Under the pieces are notes generated by a model. The model searched no databases, had not been told where the DNA came from, and was given only the letters and a program-made list of their open reading frames with translations. This document shows, in pieces, positions 35,297-45,191 of a stretch of 64,000 bases of DNA; position 1 is the first letter of the stretch; every line of letters starts with the position of its first letter. The position numbers and the translations under genes were made by a program. The DNA comes from Candidatus Beckwithbacteria bacterium GW2011_GWC1_49_16 (GTDB taxonomy: Bacteria > Patescibacteriota > Microgenomatia > UBA1400 > CG1-02-47-37), in assembly GCA_001029675.1 (NCBI GenBank), contig CP011210.1, positions 193-64,192 on the forward strand, given 5' to 3'.

Positions 35297-35729
35297 GTGG
35301 GGTATTTTAAGTTTGTTGTTTTTGGTTTTAGTAGTGGTAGTTTTGGCGTTGCCTAGGGCAGAGAAGCGGTGGAGGATAAATGGGGTGGAGATAAATCTTG
35401 AGGTGGCCGATAGCCCGGAGGAGAGGGTTAAGGGCTTGTCGGGCAGAGACAGTTTGGGTGAAAATGAGGGGATGGTGTTTGTGTTTGAGCAGCCGGGGAT
35501 TTACCCGTTTTGGATGAGGCAGATGAAGTTTGAGCTTGATTTTTTATGGGTGAGGGATTGCCGGGTGGTGGAGCTAACCGAGAAGGTCCCGCCGACAGCT
35601 TGGCAGTCTGGGCGGGCAGGGCCTACTAGAGTCAGTCCAAGCCAGCCGGTGGATATGGTGATCGAGGTAAATGGAGGCTTTGTCGAAAGGCATGGGGTCG
35701 AGTTGGGAGACAAGATAGAAAAGTGTTAA
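35289..35729 (+). CDS. DUF192 (COG1430) family protein
   Basis: VEIADSPEERVKGLSGR...GMVFVF...PFWMRQMKFELDFLWV matches DUF192. Confidence 0.65.
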   Translation: MSKWGILSLLFLVLVVVVLALPRAEKRWRINGVEINLEVADSPEERVKGLSGRDSLGENEGMVFVFEQPGIYPFWMRQMKFELDFLWVRDCRVVELTEKVPPTAWQSGRAGPTRVSPSQPVDMVIEVNGGFVERHGVELGDKIEKC

Positions 35730-35743
35730 GATTGAAGTGAGTT

Positions 35744-37450
35744 ATGCCCTTGAGCCTGCCCCAAGTCCAGGAGATTGTTTTAAAGTCTGGTAAAGTTTCC
35801 CCAGAAGATTTAAACGAGGCGGTAAAGACAGCCAAGCATTTAGAAGTGCCTTTGGAAGAAGTGTTGGTGGGGAGACGTTTGATTTCACCGGAAGAACTAG
35901 GCGGGTTACTCGCCGAGGCTTACCGGATTTCTTATCTAGACCTTAAAACCCTGGAGCTTAACCGGGAGGTTTTAAAGCTGGTGGCGGAAGAGTTTGCCGA
36001 GAGCCATCATGTAGTGCCGGTGGAGGTGCGCGACAACGTGGTGACTTTGGCGATGGAAGACCCCAGCGACTTGGAAGCGATCGAGTTTGTTAAAAAACAG
36101 ACCGGTTATGGAGTGATGCCGGCGTTTACCGACAAGGCAGGGATGAGTCAGGCCTTGCGGCTTTATAAGGGAACTTTAAAAGAAGAGTTTGCCGAGTTGG
36201 TAGAAAAGACGACGGTAAAAAGAGTAGACGTTAACCGACCGTTAGTAGAGCTAGCCAAAGACGTGTCGGTGGTAAAGGCAGTGGACGCGCTTCTTTCTTC
36301 GGCCGTGGTGGAACAGGCTTCGGACATTCATCTGGAGCCTTTGGGGAATGAGGTAGTAGTCAGATATAGGATCGACGGAGTCTTAAACGATGTCTTGATT
36401 TTACCCTCAGAGCTTCATCCGGCGCTGGTAGCCAGGATCAAGATTCTTGCCAACCTTAAACTTGACGAGACCAGGCTGCCTCAGGACGGCAGGATGCAGT
36501 TTTTGAGCAAAAAAGGCGACAAGGTGTCGCTTAGGGTGTCGGTGTTGCCGACGGTAGAAGGGGAGAAGGTAGTTTTGAGAATTTTAGAAGAAGTGCTTCA
36601 GCATTTTTCTCTGAATTCTTTGGGGCTTGAGGCAGACCAGGAAAAACGGGTGGCCAGGTCGATTAATAAGCCGCACGGGATGGTGCTGGTGACCGGGCCG
36701 ACCGGGTCGGGCAAGACGACGACGCTTTACACCATTTTGGGGATGTTGAATACTGTCGGGGTAAACATTTGCACCGTTGAAGACCCGGTGGAAAACAGGA
36801 TCAGGCGGGTAAACCAAACCCAGGTTAATCCGCAGGCAGGCTACAGCTTTGCCACTGGGTTGAGGAGTTTGTTGCGGCAAGACCCGGACATTATCATGGT
36901 GGGAGAAATCAGGGATCAGGAGACAGCGAAAATCGCCGTCAACGCGGCCATGACCGGGCATTTGGTGTTGTCGACGCTTCACACCAATGACGCGCCGGGG
37001 ACGGTGCCGCGGCTGCTTGATTTATCGGTAGAGTCGTTTTTGCTGGCGTCAACTTTGGAGCTGGTGGTGGCTCAAAGGTTGATTCGTAAAGTGTGTAAGC
37101 ATTGTTTAGTGGAGTACGCGCCGCAAAAAAACTGGGAGGAGACGTTAAAGCAGGTGGTCAATGATGAGGCGGAACTAACAGAGGTGTTGACGCTTTTTCC
37201 TAAAAAATTAATCGGGGGCAAAGGCTGTCCTAAGTGCCGTTATTCCGGCTACAGGGGCAGGATGGGAATTTTTGAAGTCATGGGAGTGAGTGAAGCAATG
37301 AGGGAACTGATTGTGAAGCAAAAGTCTGGGGCAGAATTGAGGCGGGTGGCGAGGGCTGAGGGGATGAAGTCGATGTTGATGGCGGGGATGATGAAGGTGG
37401 CTTCCGGGGTGACGACGGTGGAGGAAGTACTTAGGGTCAGTCTGGAGTGA
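35744..37450 (+). CDS. pilB: Type IV pilus assembly ATPase PilB/GspE
   Basis: Walker A GPTGSGKTTT, the Asp box, the His box GHLVLSTLHTND and a C-terminal zinc motif CPKC. Confidence 0.9.
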   Translation: MPLSLPQVQEIVLKSGKVSPEDLNEAVKTAKHLEVPLEEVLVGRRLISPEELGGLLAEAYRISYLDLKTLELNREVLKLVAEEFAESHHVVPVEVRDNVVTLAMEDPSDLEAIEFVKKQTGYGVMPAFTDKAGMSQALRLYKGTLKEEFAELVEKTTVKRVDVNRPLVELAKDVSVVKAVDALLSSAVVEQASDIHLEPLGNEVVVRYRIDGVLNDVLILPSELHPALVARIKILANLKLDETRLPQDGRMQFLSKKGDKVSLRVSVLPTVEGEKVVLRILEEVLQHFSLNSLGLEADQEKRVARSINKPHGMVLVTGPTGSGKTTTLYTILGMLNTVGVNICTVEDPVENRIRRVNQTQVNPQAGYSFATGLRSLLRQDPDIIMVGEIRDQETAKIAVNAAMTGHLVLSTLHTNDAPGTVPRLLDLSVESFLLASTLELVVAQRLIRKVCKHCLVEYAPQKNWEETLKQVVNDEAELTEVLTLFPKKLIGGKGCPKCRYSGYRGRMGIFEVMGVSEAMRELIVKQKSGAELRRVARAEGMKSMLMAGMMKVASGVTTVEEVLRVSLE

Positions 37451-37451
37451 T

Positions 37452-38678
37452 ATGGCGCAGTTTAAGTACTTAGTCAGTCTTAAAGGCGAGGAAGAGGCGG
37501 GAGTCTTGGAAGCCGACTCTTTGGCGGAAGCGGCGGAAAAATTAACCGAGCAAGGAGGGTATATTTTGAAGCTGGTGCCGCGGTTTTCCTTGGGGCCGGC
37601 AAGGGTAAGGCAGTGGTTGGAAGAGGCAATGGCCGCCGGAGAGGGGATGAAGGCGAGTGAAAAAATTTTGTTTACTACCCAATTGGGGTCGATGCTCAAA
37701 ACCGGGCTGCCGATAATCGAGGCGATCGAGGTGTTTGTGGAGGAAAAAGGCGGCGGCTCGTCGGCGTTACTGCGGCAAATCATGGAGCAGCTTAAAAGCG
37801 GCAAAAAATTGTCGCGGGCTTTGGAGAGATATGCTAAAGTATTTGACCGGGCTTACGTCAACGTGGTCCGTTCGGGAGAAACAATGGGGACTTTGGCTGA
37901 GAGTTTGGAGTATTTAGGGGATCAAATGAGGCGAGAGCACGAGTTAAAGGTTAAGGTTCGCTCGGCGATGATTTATCCGCTGGTGGTGGTGATTGCTATG
38001 GCGGCGGTGATGACGTTTATTTTGCTGTCGGTGGTGCCCAAGATCGTGATTTTTGCCGAGAATTCTGGAGCCCAGCTGCCGAGGATAACTGCCATAATGG
38101 TGGCGGCAACAGGTTGGCTTAATAAGTTTTGGTGGTTGGCGCTTTTGGCGGTGACCTTTGTCGGGGGTTTAGTTTGGAGATTAACCAAAACCAAGGAGGG
38201 CAAGAAGTTTTTTGCCGGGTTGGTTTTGAAGCTGCCGGTGTTAGGCAGCTTGGTGGCGCGCTACAACCAGGTGAGGTTTGCGCGGTTACTCGCTGGGTTT
38301 TATGCCCATGGGATTAGCGTCGAGTCGGCGTTTGAGATTCTATCTGAATCGCTAACTAACTATTATTACTCTGAAGCGTGTTTGAGGCTGAAGCAAAAGC
38401 TGGTGATGGGGAGGAGTTTATCGGAGGCGTTGGAGTCGGAAAAAAAGCTGTTTCCGCCGATTATGAGCCGGGTGGTTAAAGGGGCGGAGAGGACGGGGGA
38501 TTTAGACAAGACTTTGACCAGGCTGTCGACCTACTACGAACAGGAGTTGGAAACGGCTTTAAAGAATTTGACCACGATTATCGAGCCGGTATTGATCGTA
38601 CTATTAGGAGTCGGGGTGATCGGGATTGCGCTGGCGGTGATTGTGCCGATTTATCGAGTTACCACGCAACTGAAATGA
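37452..38678 (+). CDS. pilC: Type IV pilus inner-membrane platform protein PilC/GspF
   Basis: Two GspF repeats (IEPVLIVLLGVGVIG) and typical length. Confidence 0.88.
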   Translation: MAQFKYLVSLKGEEEAGVLEADSLAEAAEKLTEQGGYILKLVPRFSLGPARVRQWLEEAMAAGEGMKASEKILFTTQLGSMLKTGLPIIEAIEVFVEEKGGGSSALLRQIMEQLKSGKKLSRALERYAKVFDRAYVNVVRSGETMGTLAESLEYLGDQMRREHELKVKVRSAMIYPLVVVIAMAAVMTFILLSVVPKIVIFAENSGAQLPRITAIMVAATGWLNKFWWLALLAVTFVGGLVWRLTKTKEGKKFFAGLVLKLPVLGSLVARYNQVRFARLLAGFYAHGISVESAFEILSESLTNYYYSEACLRLKQKLVMGRSLSEALESEKKLFPPIMSRVVKGAERTGDLDKTLTRLSTYYEQELETALKNLTTIIEPVLIVLLGVGVIGIALAVIVPIYRVTTQLK

Positions 38679-39106
38679 AGTCAAACGGTTTTACTTTTTT
38701 GGAAATTTTGGTAGTGATGGCGATGATGGCGACGATGGGGATAGCCGGGGTTATAACTTACGGTCGGGTACAGAGACAAGAAGAAATGACGGCAGTGGTG
38801 GTGACCGTAGCGGAAATTTTAGCCAGGGCTAGAGTGGGTTCGGTGAGCGGAGACAAGGATACCAGTTGGCGGGTCGATCTTCTGGCCAACAAGGCGGAGT
38901 TAAAGGATGGCTTGGGCAACTTGGTGGTCCAGTACAGCCTACCGGCAAGATACAGTTTGAGTTCGCCGGTGAGTCAAGTCGAGTTTGGGCGGGGTGACGG
39001 CCGGGTGGCCGGTTGTGAGTCGGGGTGTTTAGTCACCGTTAGCCAACTGGGGGGGAGTTTAAGCCAGAGCTTTCGCATTTTGTATTCAGGGGTAGTGGAG
39101 TACTAA
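38675..39106 (+). CDS. Prepilin-type (pseudopilin/minor pilin) protein
   Basis: N-terminal MKSNGFTFLEILVVMAMM is a class III signal and N-methylation motif. Confidence 0.75.
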   Translation: MKSNGFTFLEILVVMAMMATMGIAGVITYGRVQRQEEMTAVVVTVAEILARARVGSVSGDKDTSWRVDLLANKAELKDGLGNLVVQYSLPARYSLSSPVSQVEFGRGDGRVAGCESGCLVTVSQLGGSLSQSFRILYSGVVEY

Positions 39107-39570
39107 TGAGGCGGGGTTTTACACTAGTCGAAGTGTTGGTAGCCTTGGCGTTACTTTCGACTTTGGTGGTAGGAGTGGTGACTTTGACCGGTTTATCCAC
39201 GAAGGCGAGCGCCACCTTGAGGTTGAAAGCATCGGCCGGAGCGATATTGACAAAAACGATGGAGGCGACGCTGGCAGTGAGAGCCTCAAACTTTGGCAGT
39301 TTGACCGAGGGAACTTTTCATCCAGAAGTGGTGGGGGGGAAGTGGGCTTTGACCCCCGGTAAAGAAACGGTGGATGGGGTAGAACGCTGGGTGGAGATTT
39401 CCCGGGTGCAGCGGGAAGTTTCTTGCGGCGGTGAAAGGGTGTGCCCGATCGTTGACAGCGGCGGAGTGGTAGACCCGGTTACTTTTAGAGGGAAAGCTTT
39501 TGTTTCTTGGAGTGAGTTAGGAGAGGTGAGACAAGAGAGTTTAGAAAGTTTGTTGACTTTTTGGAGGTAA
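39106..39570 (+). CDS. Prepilin-type minor pilin
   Basis: MRRGFTLVEVLVALALLS. Confidence 0.75.
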   Translation: MRRGFTLVEVLVALALLSTLVVGVVTLTGLSTKASATLRLKASAGAILTKTMEATLAVRASNFGSLTEGTFHPEVVGGKWALTPGKETVDGVERWVEISRVQREVSCGGERVCPIVDSGGVVDPVTFRGKAFVSWSELGEVRQESLESLLTFWR

Positions 39571-40124
39571 CAGTGTTAAGTACGAAGCTCGAAGCACGAA
39601 ATTCGAAAGCTGCTTTTAGCCTGATTGAGATTTTGGTGGCCCTGGGCGGGTTGGTGGTGTTGAGCGTTTTGGCGATCTCGTTTTTCTTTTTGACTTTGAC
39701 GCAAAGGGATGAGGCGGTGGCGGAATCTAGCGCTGTGGAGCAGACGGAGGCCGCCTTTGCCTTAGTGGGCAGGGCGGTGAGGGCGGCTCAAACCATCACG
39801 GTATCAGAGGCGGGGACGAGGTTGGAGTTAACCGGCGCCAGCGAGTGCTGGTTGTTTGATTGGGACGAAATCAATGGAGAATTAAAGTACGGCCGGACGC
39901 AAGGATCAAGCTGCAGCTTGCCGGCTGGAGCAGACGAGCGGGTGACCAGCCAGACGGCAGAAATAGAAAACGTCAGTTTCAGCTTGCTGGCGCCGGATGA
40001 TTCAAGTCGGAGCATAGAAATGACCTTAGGGGTGGCGGTTTTCCGCCCCTTGGCTTCGAGTCAACAAACGTTTTCTCAAGTGTTTGTCAATGTGGTTGAT
40101 GAGAGGGGAGAGGAAGATGATTAA
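39561..40124 (+). CDS. Prepilin-type minor pilin with extended leader containing the CGAA-heptad element
   Basis: The leader STKLEARNSKAA is followed by FSLIEILVAL. The start codon is uncertain (ATG at 39561, or GTG at 39573). Confidence 0.6.
   Translation: MEVTVLSTKLEARNSKAAFSLIEILVALGGLVVLSVLAISFFFLTLTQRDEAVAESSAVEQTEAAFALVGRAVRAAQTITVSEAGTRLELTGASECWLFDWDEINGELKYGRTQGSSCSLPAGADERVTSQTAEIENVSFSLLAPDDSSRSIEMTLGVAVFRPLASSQQTFSQVFVNVVDERGEEDD
39581..39608. repeat. CGAA-heptad x4 element (tacgaag ctcgaag cacgaaa ttcgaaa) in the pilin leader
   Basis: Read directly from the sequence. Confidence 0.8.
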
Positions 40125-41472
40125 GTCGGGGAATTCTACGGGGCAGGTGGCGTTGATCATCGTTTTTGGACTGGGGGTGTTGGGGGTGCTTTTGGCGGTG
40201 GCTTTTTCTCGGTTGGCGCCCCAGGCGGTGGTGCGGCAGCAGGCCCTGGCTGATTCGAGTAAGGCCTACTTTGCGGCCCAGAGTGGAATTGAAGAACTGA
40301 TGCTAAGGCTTAGGAGCCATCACAACTTTGGCGACAGTTGGGAGATGGTTTATCAGCTCGATAACGGGGCGGTGTTTTATGCTACCATTTCCGGTAATTT
40401 ATCGACTAAGATTGCTACTTCGACGGGCATGTTTAAAACTTATGTCAGAAAGCTTGAGGTGCAAGTAGCGGAGAGCGACAGCAAAACGTCATTTTTGTTT
40501 GCGGTTCAATCGGGTGAGGGGGGTTTTGAGCTGGAAAGAAACACCGTGATACGGGGTATCGGAGGGGCGGCGGGAAATGTTTATACCAACGGCGACATTT
40601 TGGGAGAGAATAAAACCAGCGGCACGTCGGGGTCAAAAATTTTGGGTCAGGCTTGGGCGGTGGGGAAGGTGAGCGGGTTGACGGGTGACACAAGCGGCGG
40701 AGTTTACATCCAAAGTGACGCGGCGGCCAACGAGCTGGTTAGGTGTGGTATAGGTGGGAATGCGCTGGCGCCGGCGGCTCCGGGACCGGGGTGTGAGTTT
40801 GAGGGCGACTTTACGGTTGCGGCTCCGCCGGAAGCGCTTTCGATAGAGTCAGTGGATACAGAGTTTTGGAAACAGCAAGCGGTGCAGTCGTCGCTGTGGC
40901 CGGGAAACTGCGTCATCCAAAGCGGCGGAGGAGTGGAGGATTGTTCGGGGGCGGATAAAAGGTTGGGGTCGGTTAAAATCGAGGGTGATTTGGTGGTCAA
41001 TTCCAACTCCAGTTTTACCTTGACCGGTCCGGTGTGGGTAGAAGGAGATTTGACGATCAACTCGAACGTCGATGTTTATGTAGATGACGCATTAGGCAGC
41101 GAGGGAGTGGTGGTGGTAATCGACTATCCGGCAAACCAATTTAGCCGGGGCAAAGTGGTGGTAGCAAGCAACGTCGATTTTTTCCAGACATCAGAGGGCG
41201 GGCCGGCGGTGTTGGTGACGACTAATACAGAAGAATCTTGCTCGGGAGTGCCGGCGGTGACGGCGGCCTCAAACACAACTTCGGTGGTGTTTTCGGCGCC
41301 TAGCGGCTGCGTTTTCTTTGAAAGCAACTCTTTCGTTAGAGGGGTGTTGGCCAACGCGGTCCACTTGTCGAGCAATTCGGTGATCGAGTACGACCCGAGG
41401 TTGGCGGCGGTGATTTTGACTACTGGTTTGGGTGGTTGGCAGGTGATTGGTTTCACCGAACTGGTAGAATAG
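40117..41472 (+). CDS. PilX-like large pilus-associated protein (N-terminal TM + PilX_N-like region, Gly/Ser-rich beta-rich C-domain)
   Basis: MIKSGNSTGQVALIIVFGLGVLGVLLAVAF...AAQSGIEELM resembles the PilX N-terminus. It sits within the pilin gene run. Confidence 0.5.
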   Translation: MIKSGNSTGQVALIIVFGLGVLGVLLAVAFSRLAPQAVVRQQALADSSKAYFAAQSGIEELMLRLRSHHNFGDSWEMVYQLDNGAVFYATISGNLSTKIATSTGMFKTYVRKLEVQVAESDSKTSFLFAVQSGEGGFELERNTVIRGIGGAAGNVYTNGDILGENKTSGTSGSKILGQAWAVGKVSGLTGDTSGGVYIQSDAAANELVRCGIGGNALAPAAPGPGCEFEGDFTVAAPPEALSIESVDTEFWKQQAVQSSLWPGNCVIQSGGGVEDCSGADKRLGSVKIEGDLVVNSNSSFTLTGPVWVEGDLTINSNVDVYVDDALGSEGVVVVIDYPANQFSRGKVVVASNVDFFQTSEGGPAVLVTTNTEESCSGVPAVTAASNTTSVVFSAPSGCVFFESNSFVRGVLANAVHLSSNSVIEYDPRLAAVILTTGLGGWQVIGFTELVE

Positions 41473-41476
41473 GTTA

Positions 41477-42922
41477 ATGCCCAAAAAAGCTGCCCTAGGA
41501 CTATTGATCAGTGATACTTCGTTGGAAGCGGTGGAACTTAATACGGCGCAAGGCAAGTTTTTTGTAAAGAGCTACTCGTGGTTGAAGCTAAAGCAGGGAG
41601 TGGTTTCCGGAGGCAGGGTGGTAGATGAGGCGGTTTTATCAGAGAACTTGAAGCTTTTATTAAAGAATGCCAAGCCGAGCCAGATGCGGGGGCCGGTGGT
41701 TTTTGGTTTGCCCCAGTCGCAAGTATTTTTGAAAGTGTTTAACATTCCCGGTTTTGAAGGCAAAGAAATGGATGAGGCGATCAATTGGCACGTTGGCTCT
41801 TTGGCGCCGGTTTTGCCCGGAGACTCTTATACTTCTTATGAGATTATTGGCAAAGCTAAGGAAAATCAGGTAAAAATTTTGTTGGTGGCGGCGGGGAAAA
41901 TAGCGGTTGACGGCTACTTGAAGACTTTTGACAAGGCAGGTATCGAGGTGGCAGCGATCGAGCCGGTGGCCGAGGCTCGCGCCAGGCTGATCGATCCGAA
42001 AATGCTTTCTGGTAAGACGGTGGTAAGCCTGCACGTTTATCGAAGTTTATTGGCAGTGGCGATTTTGACCCACGGCAAGTTGTGGTTTAGTAGCGAGAAG
42101 GTGATTTCCGGCAACGGGCGGGAGATTAATGATGCCGTAGATGAAATGGTCGGCTTTTTTAACAGTAAACGAGAGGGAGACGAACCGGACATATCGCAAA
42201 TTATTTACAGCGGCGACCAGCAAGGGGTGGAATGGGTTAAGGCGGCGTTGACGGGGAGGAGTCTGCCGGTGACTAAGGCGGAGGGCGGTATGGTTTTAAA
42301 AAAATCGACGGCGGTTGCCGACCTCACGGCAGCAGCCTTTGCGCCGGCTTTGGGGTTGGCGATGCGGGGCAGGGTAGAGCAAAAGGGTTTAGTAGACTTA
42401 CTGCCCGATTGGCCCACGAACAAACTCAAGGCCGGTAGATTAAAGCGGGGTTTGGTGGCGGCAGTAAATTTAGGAGCAGTAGCGGTGTGGTTAACGGTGG
42501 GGTTTTGGCTTTTTTTCTGGTGGCAGCTGACACAAAACAAGGCGGCTTTAAGTGAAAGGCTCGACCAGGTAAACCAGCTGGTAAACGAGCAGCAAACGAG
42601 TCAGCTTTCTTCATGGAAGCGGGAGTTTGACCAAATAGTAAAGTCAGCAACGTTGATCGACGATTCGCGGGTGGCGATGAGCCAGGTTTTGAGCAACTTG
42701 GCGTCGCTGACACCCTCGGGGGTAAGAATTACGGCTTTTGCTTACGAGGGGGGGACCAAGAAGTGGTCGATTGCCGGCATAGCCGATAGCCGGGAAGCGG
42801 TGCTAAGCTTTGACAAGTCTTTAGAGGATTCTTCCTTCTTTTTCGACCACCAGCTTTATTTTAGCAGCCTGGAAAGCAACCAAGGAGTATTGTTTAGAGT
42901 CAGCGGGGGCAGCAATGGTTAA
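41477..42922 (+). CDS. pilM: PilM (actin-like ATPase) fused to PilN-like TM/coiled-coil domain
   Basis: An N-terminal FtsA/PilM-like domain, then a transmembrane helix LVAAVNLGAVAVWLTVGFWLFFWW and a coiled coil. Confidence 0.75.
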   Translation: MPKKAALGLLISDTSLEAVELNTAQGKFFVKSYSWLKLKQGVVSGGRVVDEAVLSENLKLLLKNAKPSQMRGPVVFGLPQSQVFLKVFNIPGFEGKEMDEAINWHVGSLAPVLPGDSYTSYEIIGKAKENQVKILLVAAGKIAVDGYLKTFDKAGIEVAAIEPVAEARARLIDPKMLSGKTVVSLHVYRSLLAVAILTHGKLWFSSEKVISGNGREINDAVDEMVGFFNSKREGDEPDISQIIYSGDQQGVEWVKAALTGRSLPVTKAEGGMVLKKSTAVADLTAAAFAPALGLAMRGRVEQKGLVDLLPDWPTNKLKAGRLKRGLVAAVNLGAVAVWLTVGFWLFFWWQLTQNKAALSERLDQVNQLVNEQQTSQLSSWKREFDQIVKSATLIDDSRVAMSQVLSNLASLTPSGVRITAFAYEGGTKKWSIAGIADSREAVLSFDKSLEDSSFFFDHQLYFSSLESNQGVLFRVSGGSNG

Positions 42923-43418
42923 AAAGATATTGCTCTCGGTGGGGATTTTGGTTTCAATCAGCTTGATGTTGGTGGTGAGGAAGGAGTGGATAGCAGTCAG
43001 CCAAGTAGAAAGGGAAGTTGAGGCTAAGGCTGTTAAGGTTAAAGACCTTGATGCCTTGGTTTTCGAGCAGCAGTTTGTGGAAAAGGATTACGACCAGCTG
43101 AAGCGTTTTTTCCCTGAAGGAGAAGAGGGGGTGGCGCGGGTGGCAGAAAGTTTGGAGGCGATGGCGGCAAGTAGCGGAGTGGTGTTACGCTTAGAGTTTG
43201 AAGATTTTCCGGATCGGGTGGATATTGGTGGGGCGTATCAAACGGGCTTGGCGATTGAAGCGGTAGTGGAGGGCCCGTATCAGAGCGTTATTTCTTGGCT
43301 TAAGGCGGTGGAGGCTCTGCCTTATTTTGTCAAGCTTACCGATGTTAAAGTGGGTCCGCCGCGGTTGGGTGGGGGAGGGGTGAGGGCCGAATTTAGCGGG
43401 GTGATATTTTTAAGATGA
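42915..43418 (+). CDS. PilO-like pilus assembly protein
   Basis: N-terminal transmembrane helix plus coiled coil. Its position after pilM/N is the main evidence. Confidence 0.45.
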   Translation: MVKKILLSVGILVSISLMLVVRKEWIAVSQVEREVEAKAVKVKDLDALVFEQQFVEKDYDQLKRFFPEGEEGVARVAESLEAMAASSGVVLRLEFEDFPDRVDIGGAYQTGLAIEAVVEGPYQSVISWLKAVEALPYFVKLTDVKVGPPRLGGGGVRAEFSGVIFLR

Positions 43419-43702
43419 GTATGAGTGAAACAAATTATCAAGACGAAATTAAGTATTATCAAATCAGGTTGACGGTAGTGCTGCTCTTGGTGGCGGGGTT
43501 GATGGGGCTAGAGGCAGTGTTGGCTTGGCGTTGGTACCAGAACGAAAAACAAGCAGCGAAGCCGCAGGAAACGATGAGCCAGTTTCAGCGCCAGGAGTTT
43601 AATGGGCTGTGGCAAAGACTCAAGGAAAAGACGATAGAGGTTGATATTAACCAGGGAATTAGTTATGGTAGTCAAGTAGGAAGGCTAGAGCCTTTTGACT
43701 AA
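43415..43702 (+). CDS. Small membrane protein (possible PilP-like)
   Basis: 95-aa ORF with a single transmembrane helix. Confidence 0.35.
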   Translation: MSMSETNYQDEIKYYQIRLTVVLLLVAGLMGLEAVLAWRWYQNEKQAAKPQETMSQFQRQEFNGLWQRLKEKTIEVDINQGISYGSQVGRLEPFD

Positions 43703-43726
43703 TTTGAAAGGAGGTGAGAAAAGTAA

Positions 43727-44281
43727 ATGTTATCTGCCCGAATGAAGAAATTAACCGGTTTTACCTTGGTAGAGCTTTTAGTAGTAGTAGCGATTTTGGG
43801 GATTTTGGCAGCGATTTTGATTTTGGCGATTAACCCGGCCGAGGCTCAAAGAAAGACTCGAGACTCGACCAGAATTTCCGACTTGGCCACAGTCAGGCAA
43901 GCGGTAGACTTGTCGATAGCCAATGGAGCGGTGTTGCCGGGAACGACGGCGGCACCATTTTCCGGCGATTCGTCCGGCAGTCGGGACACGACGGCGGCCA
44001 CCAACTGGGTGGGCTTGGTCGTATCCGACTATCTGTCGGTACTGCCGATTGACCCAAGACAAAATGCTACCGACGCCACCAGGCTATCTGACGGGACAAC
44101 GACGATTGCGGCCGGCGGCATGGTGTACTCCTACGTTTCCGACGGGGACACCTACGAACTAAACGCCTTTTTGGAGTCGACTGACAACGCGGCTTTTGCC
44201 ACCAACGACGGCGGCAACCAGAACTTGCGCTACGAGATCGGCACCAATCCTGGTCTAGGATTATCCTCGACCAACCCGTAA
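43727..44281 (+). CDS. pilA: Type IV major pilin (PilA-like)
   Basis: MKKLTGFTLVELLVVVAILGILAAI is a canonical class III signal with an N-terminal helix. Confidence 0.8.
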   Translation: MLSARMKKLTGFTLVELLVVVAILGILAAILILAINPAEAQRKTRDSTRISDLATVRQAVDLSIANGAVLPGTTAAPFSGDSSGSRDTTAATNWVGLVVSDYLSVLPIDPRQNATDATRLSDGTTTIAAGGMVYSYVSDGDTYELNAFLESTDNAAFATNDGGNQNLRYEIGTNPGLGLSSTNP

Positions 44282-44319
44282 AACTACTACTTGATCGGTA
44301 GGAGTTTATTTGTTAGGCT

Positions 44320-44952
44320 TTGGGTATGTTTGAGTTACCCAATTTGCCATATTCTTTTGACGCTCTGGAGCCGGCGATCGACGCTGCCACCATGGAAATT
44401 CACCACGGCAAGCACCACGCCGGTTATGTGAATAATCTCAACGCGGCCTTAGAGGGGAAAGAGGAGTTAGCGGCAAAGAGTGTGGAAGAACTGGTGGGAG
44501 ACCTTAATAGTGTACCGGAAGAGATAAGGACGGCGGTGCGAAACAACGGCGGCGGGCACTTTAATCATTCGCTTTTCTGGGAGATTATGTCCCCCTCCGC
44601 TAAAGCTACGGGGGATGCGCCAGCCGAAAAGCTCAAAGAGGCAATAGACAGAGATTTAGGTGGTTTGGTTAAGTTTAAAGAGGATTTTGCCAAGGCGGCC
44701 ATGGGCCGGTTTGGCTCGGGCTGGGCCTGGTTGGTTGTGGACGGCGGTAAGCTCAAAGTCGGTTCAACCCCGAATCAGGACAATCCATTGATGAAGGGAG
44801 TGAGTGAATTTTTGGGGACACCGATTTTGGGCCTGGATGTTTGGGAACATGCGTATTACATCCAATATAAATGGGAAAGGGCTAAATACGTCGAAAACTG
44901 GTGGAAAGTTGTGAATTGGGCCAAGGTGGGGGAGAAGTTTGCCGCGGCATGA
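44320..44952 (+). CDS. sodA: Fe/Mn superoxide dismutase
   Basis: [10 protein letters not shown]...[14 protein letters not shown]. Confidence 0.93.
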   Translation: MGMFELPNLPYSFDALEPAIDAATMEIHHGKHHAGYVNNLNAALEGKEELAAKSVEELVGDLNSVPEEIRTAVRNNGGGHFNHSLFWEIMSPSAKATGDAPAEKLKEAIDRDLGGLVKFKEDFAKAAMGRFGSGWAWLVVDGGKLKVGSTPNQDNPLMKGVSEFLGTPILGLDVWEHAYYIQYKWERAKYVENWWKVVNWAKVGEKFAAA

Positions 44953-45191
44953 TTAACCCGCTGCTGGCAGCCAAGCTGGTTTTTGTTTTGGGGTGGACTA
45001 ATCTCGTAGGGTTGGCGATGGTGTTTTTGACCTGCCGCTGTTTTATTAGGCCCAAGCTGTTTGCCAAGCTGGTAAATTACAACTGGTACAAAAAGCTGTA
45101 TCAAACGCATTGCTGGTGGTGGTATTTGTTCTTTGGTTCGGTAGCCGCCCACGCTCTTTTAGCCCTTGGTGTCTACGGCAACCCGTTTTAG
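44949..45191 (+). CDS. Small membrane protein (weak)
   Basis: 81 aa from [10 protein letters not shown]..., with an ATGA overlap onto the sod stop and two transmembrane helices. Confidence 0.35.
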   Translation: MINPLLAAKLVFVLGWTNLVGLAMVFLTCRCFIRPKLFAKLVNYNWYKKLYQTHCWWWYLFFGSVAAHALLALGVYGNPF

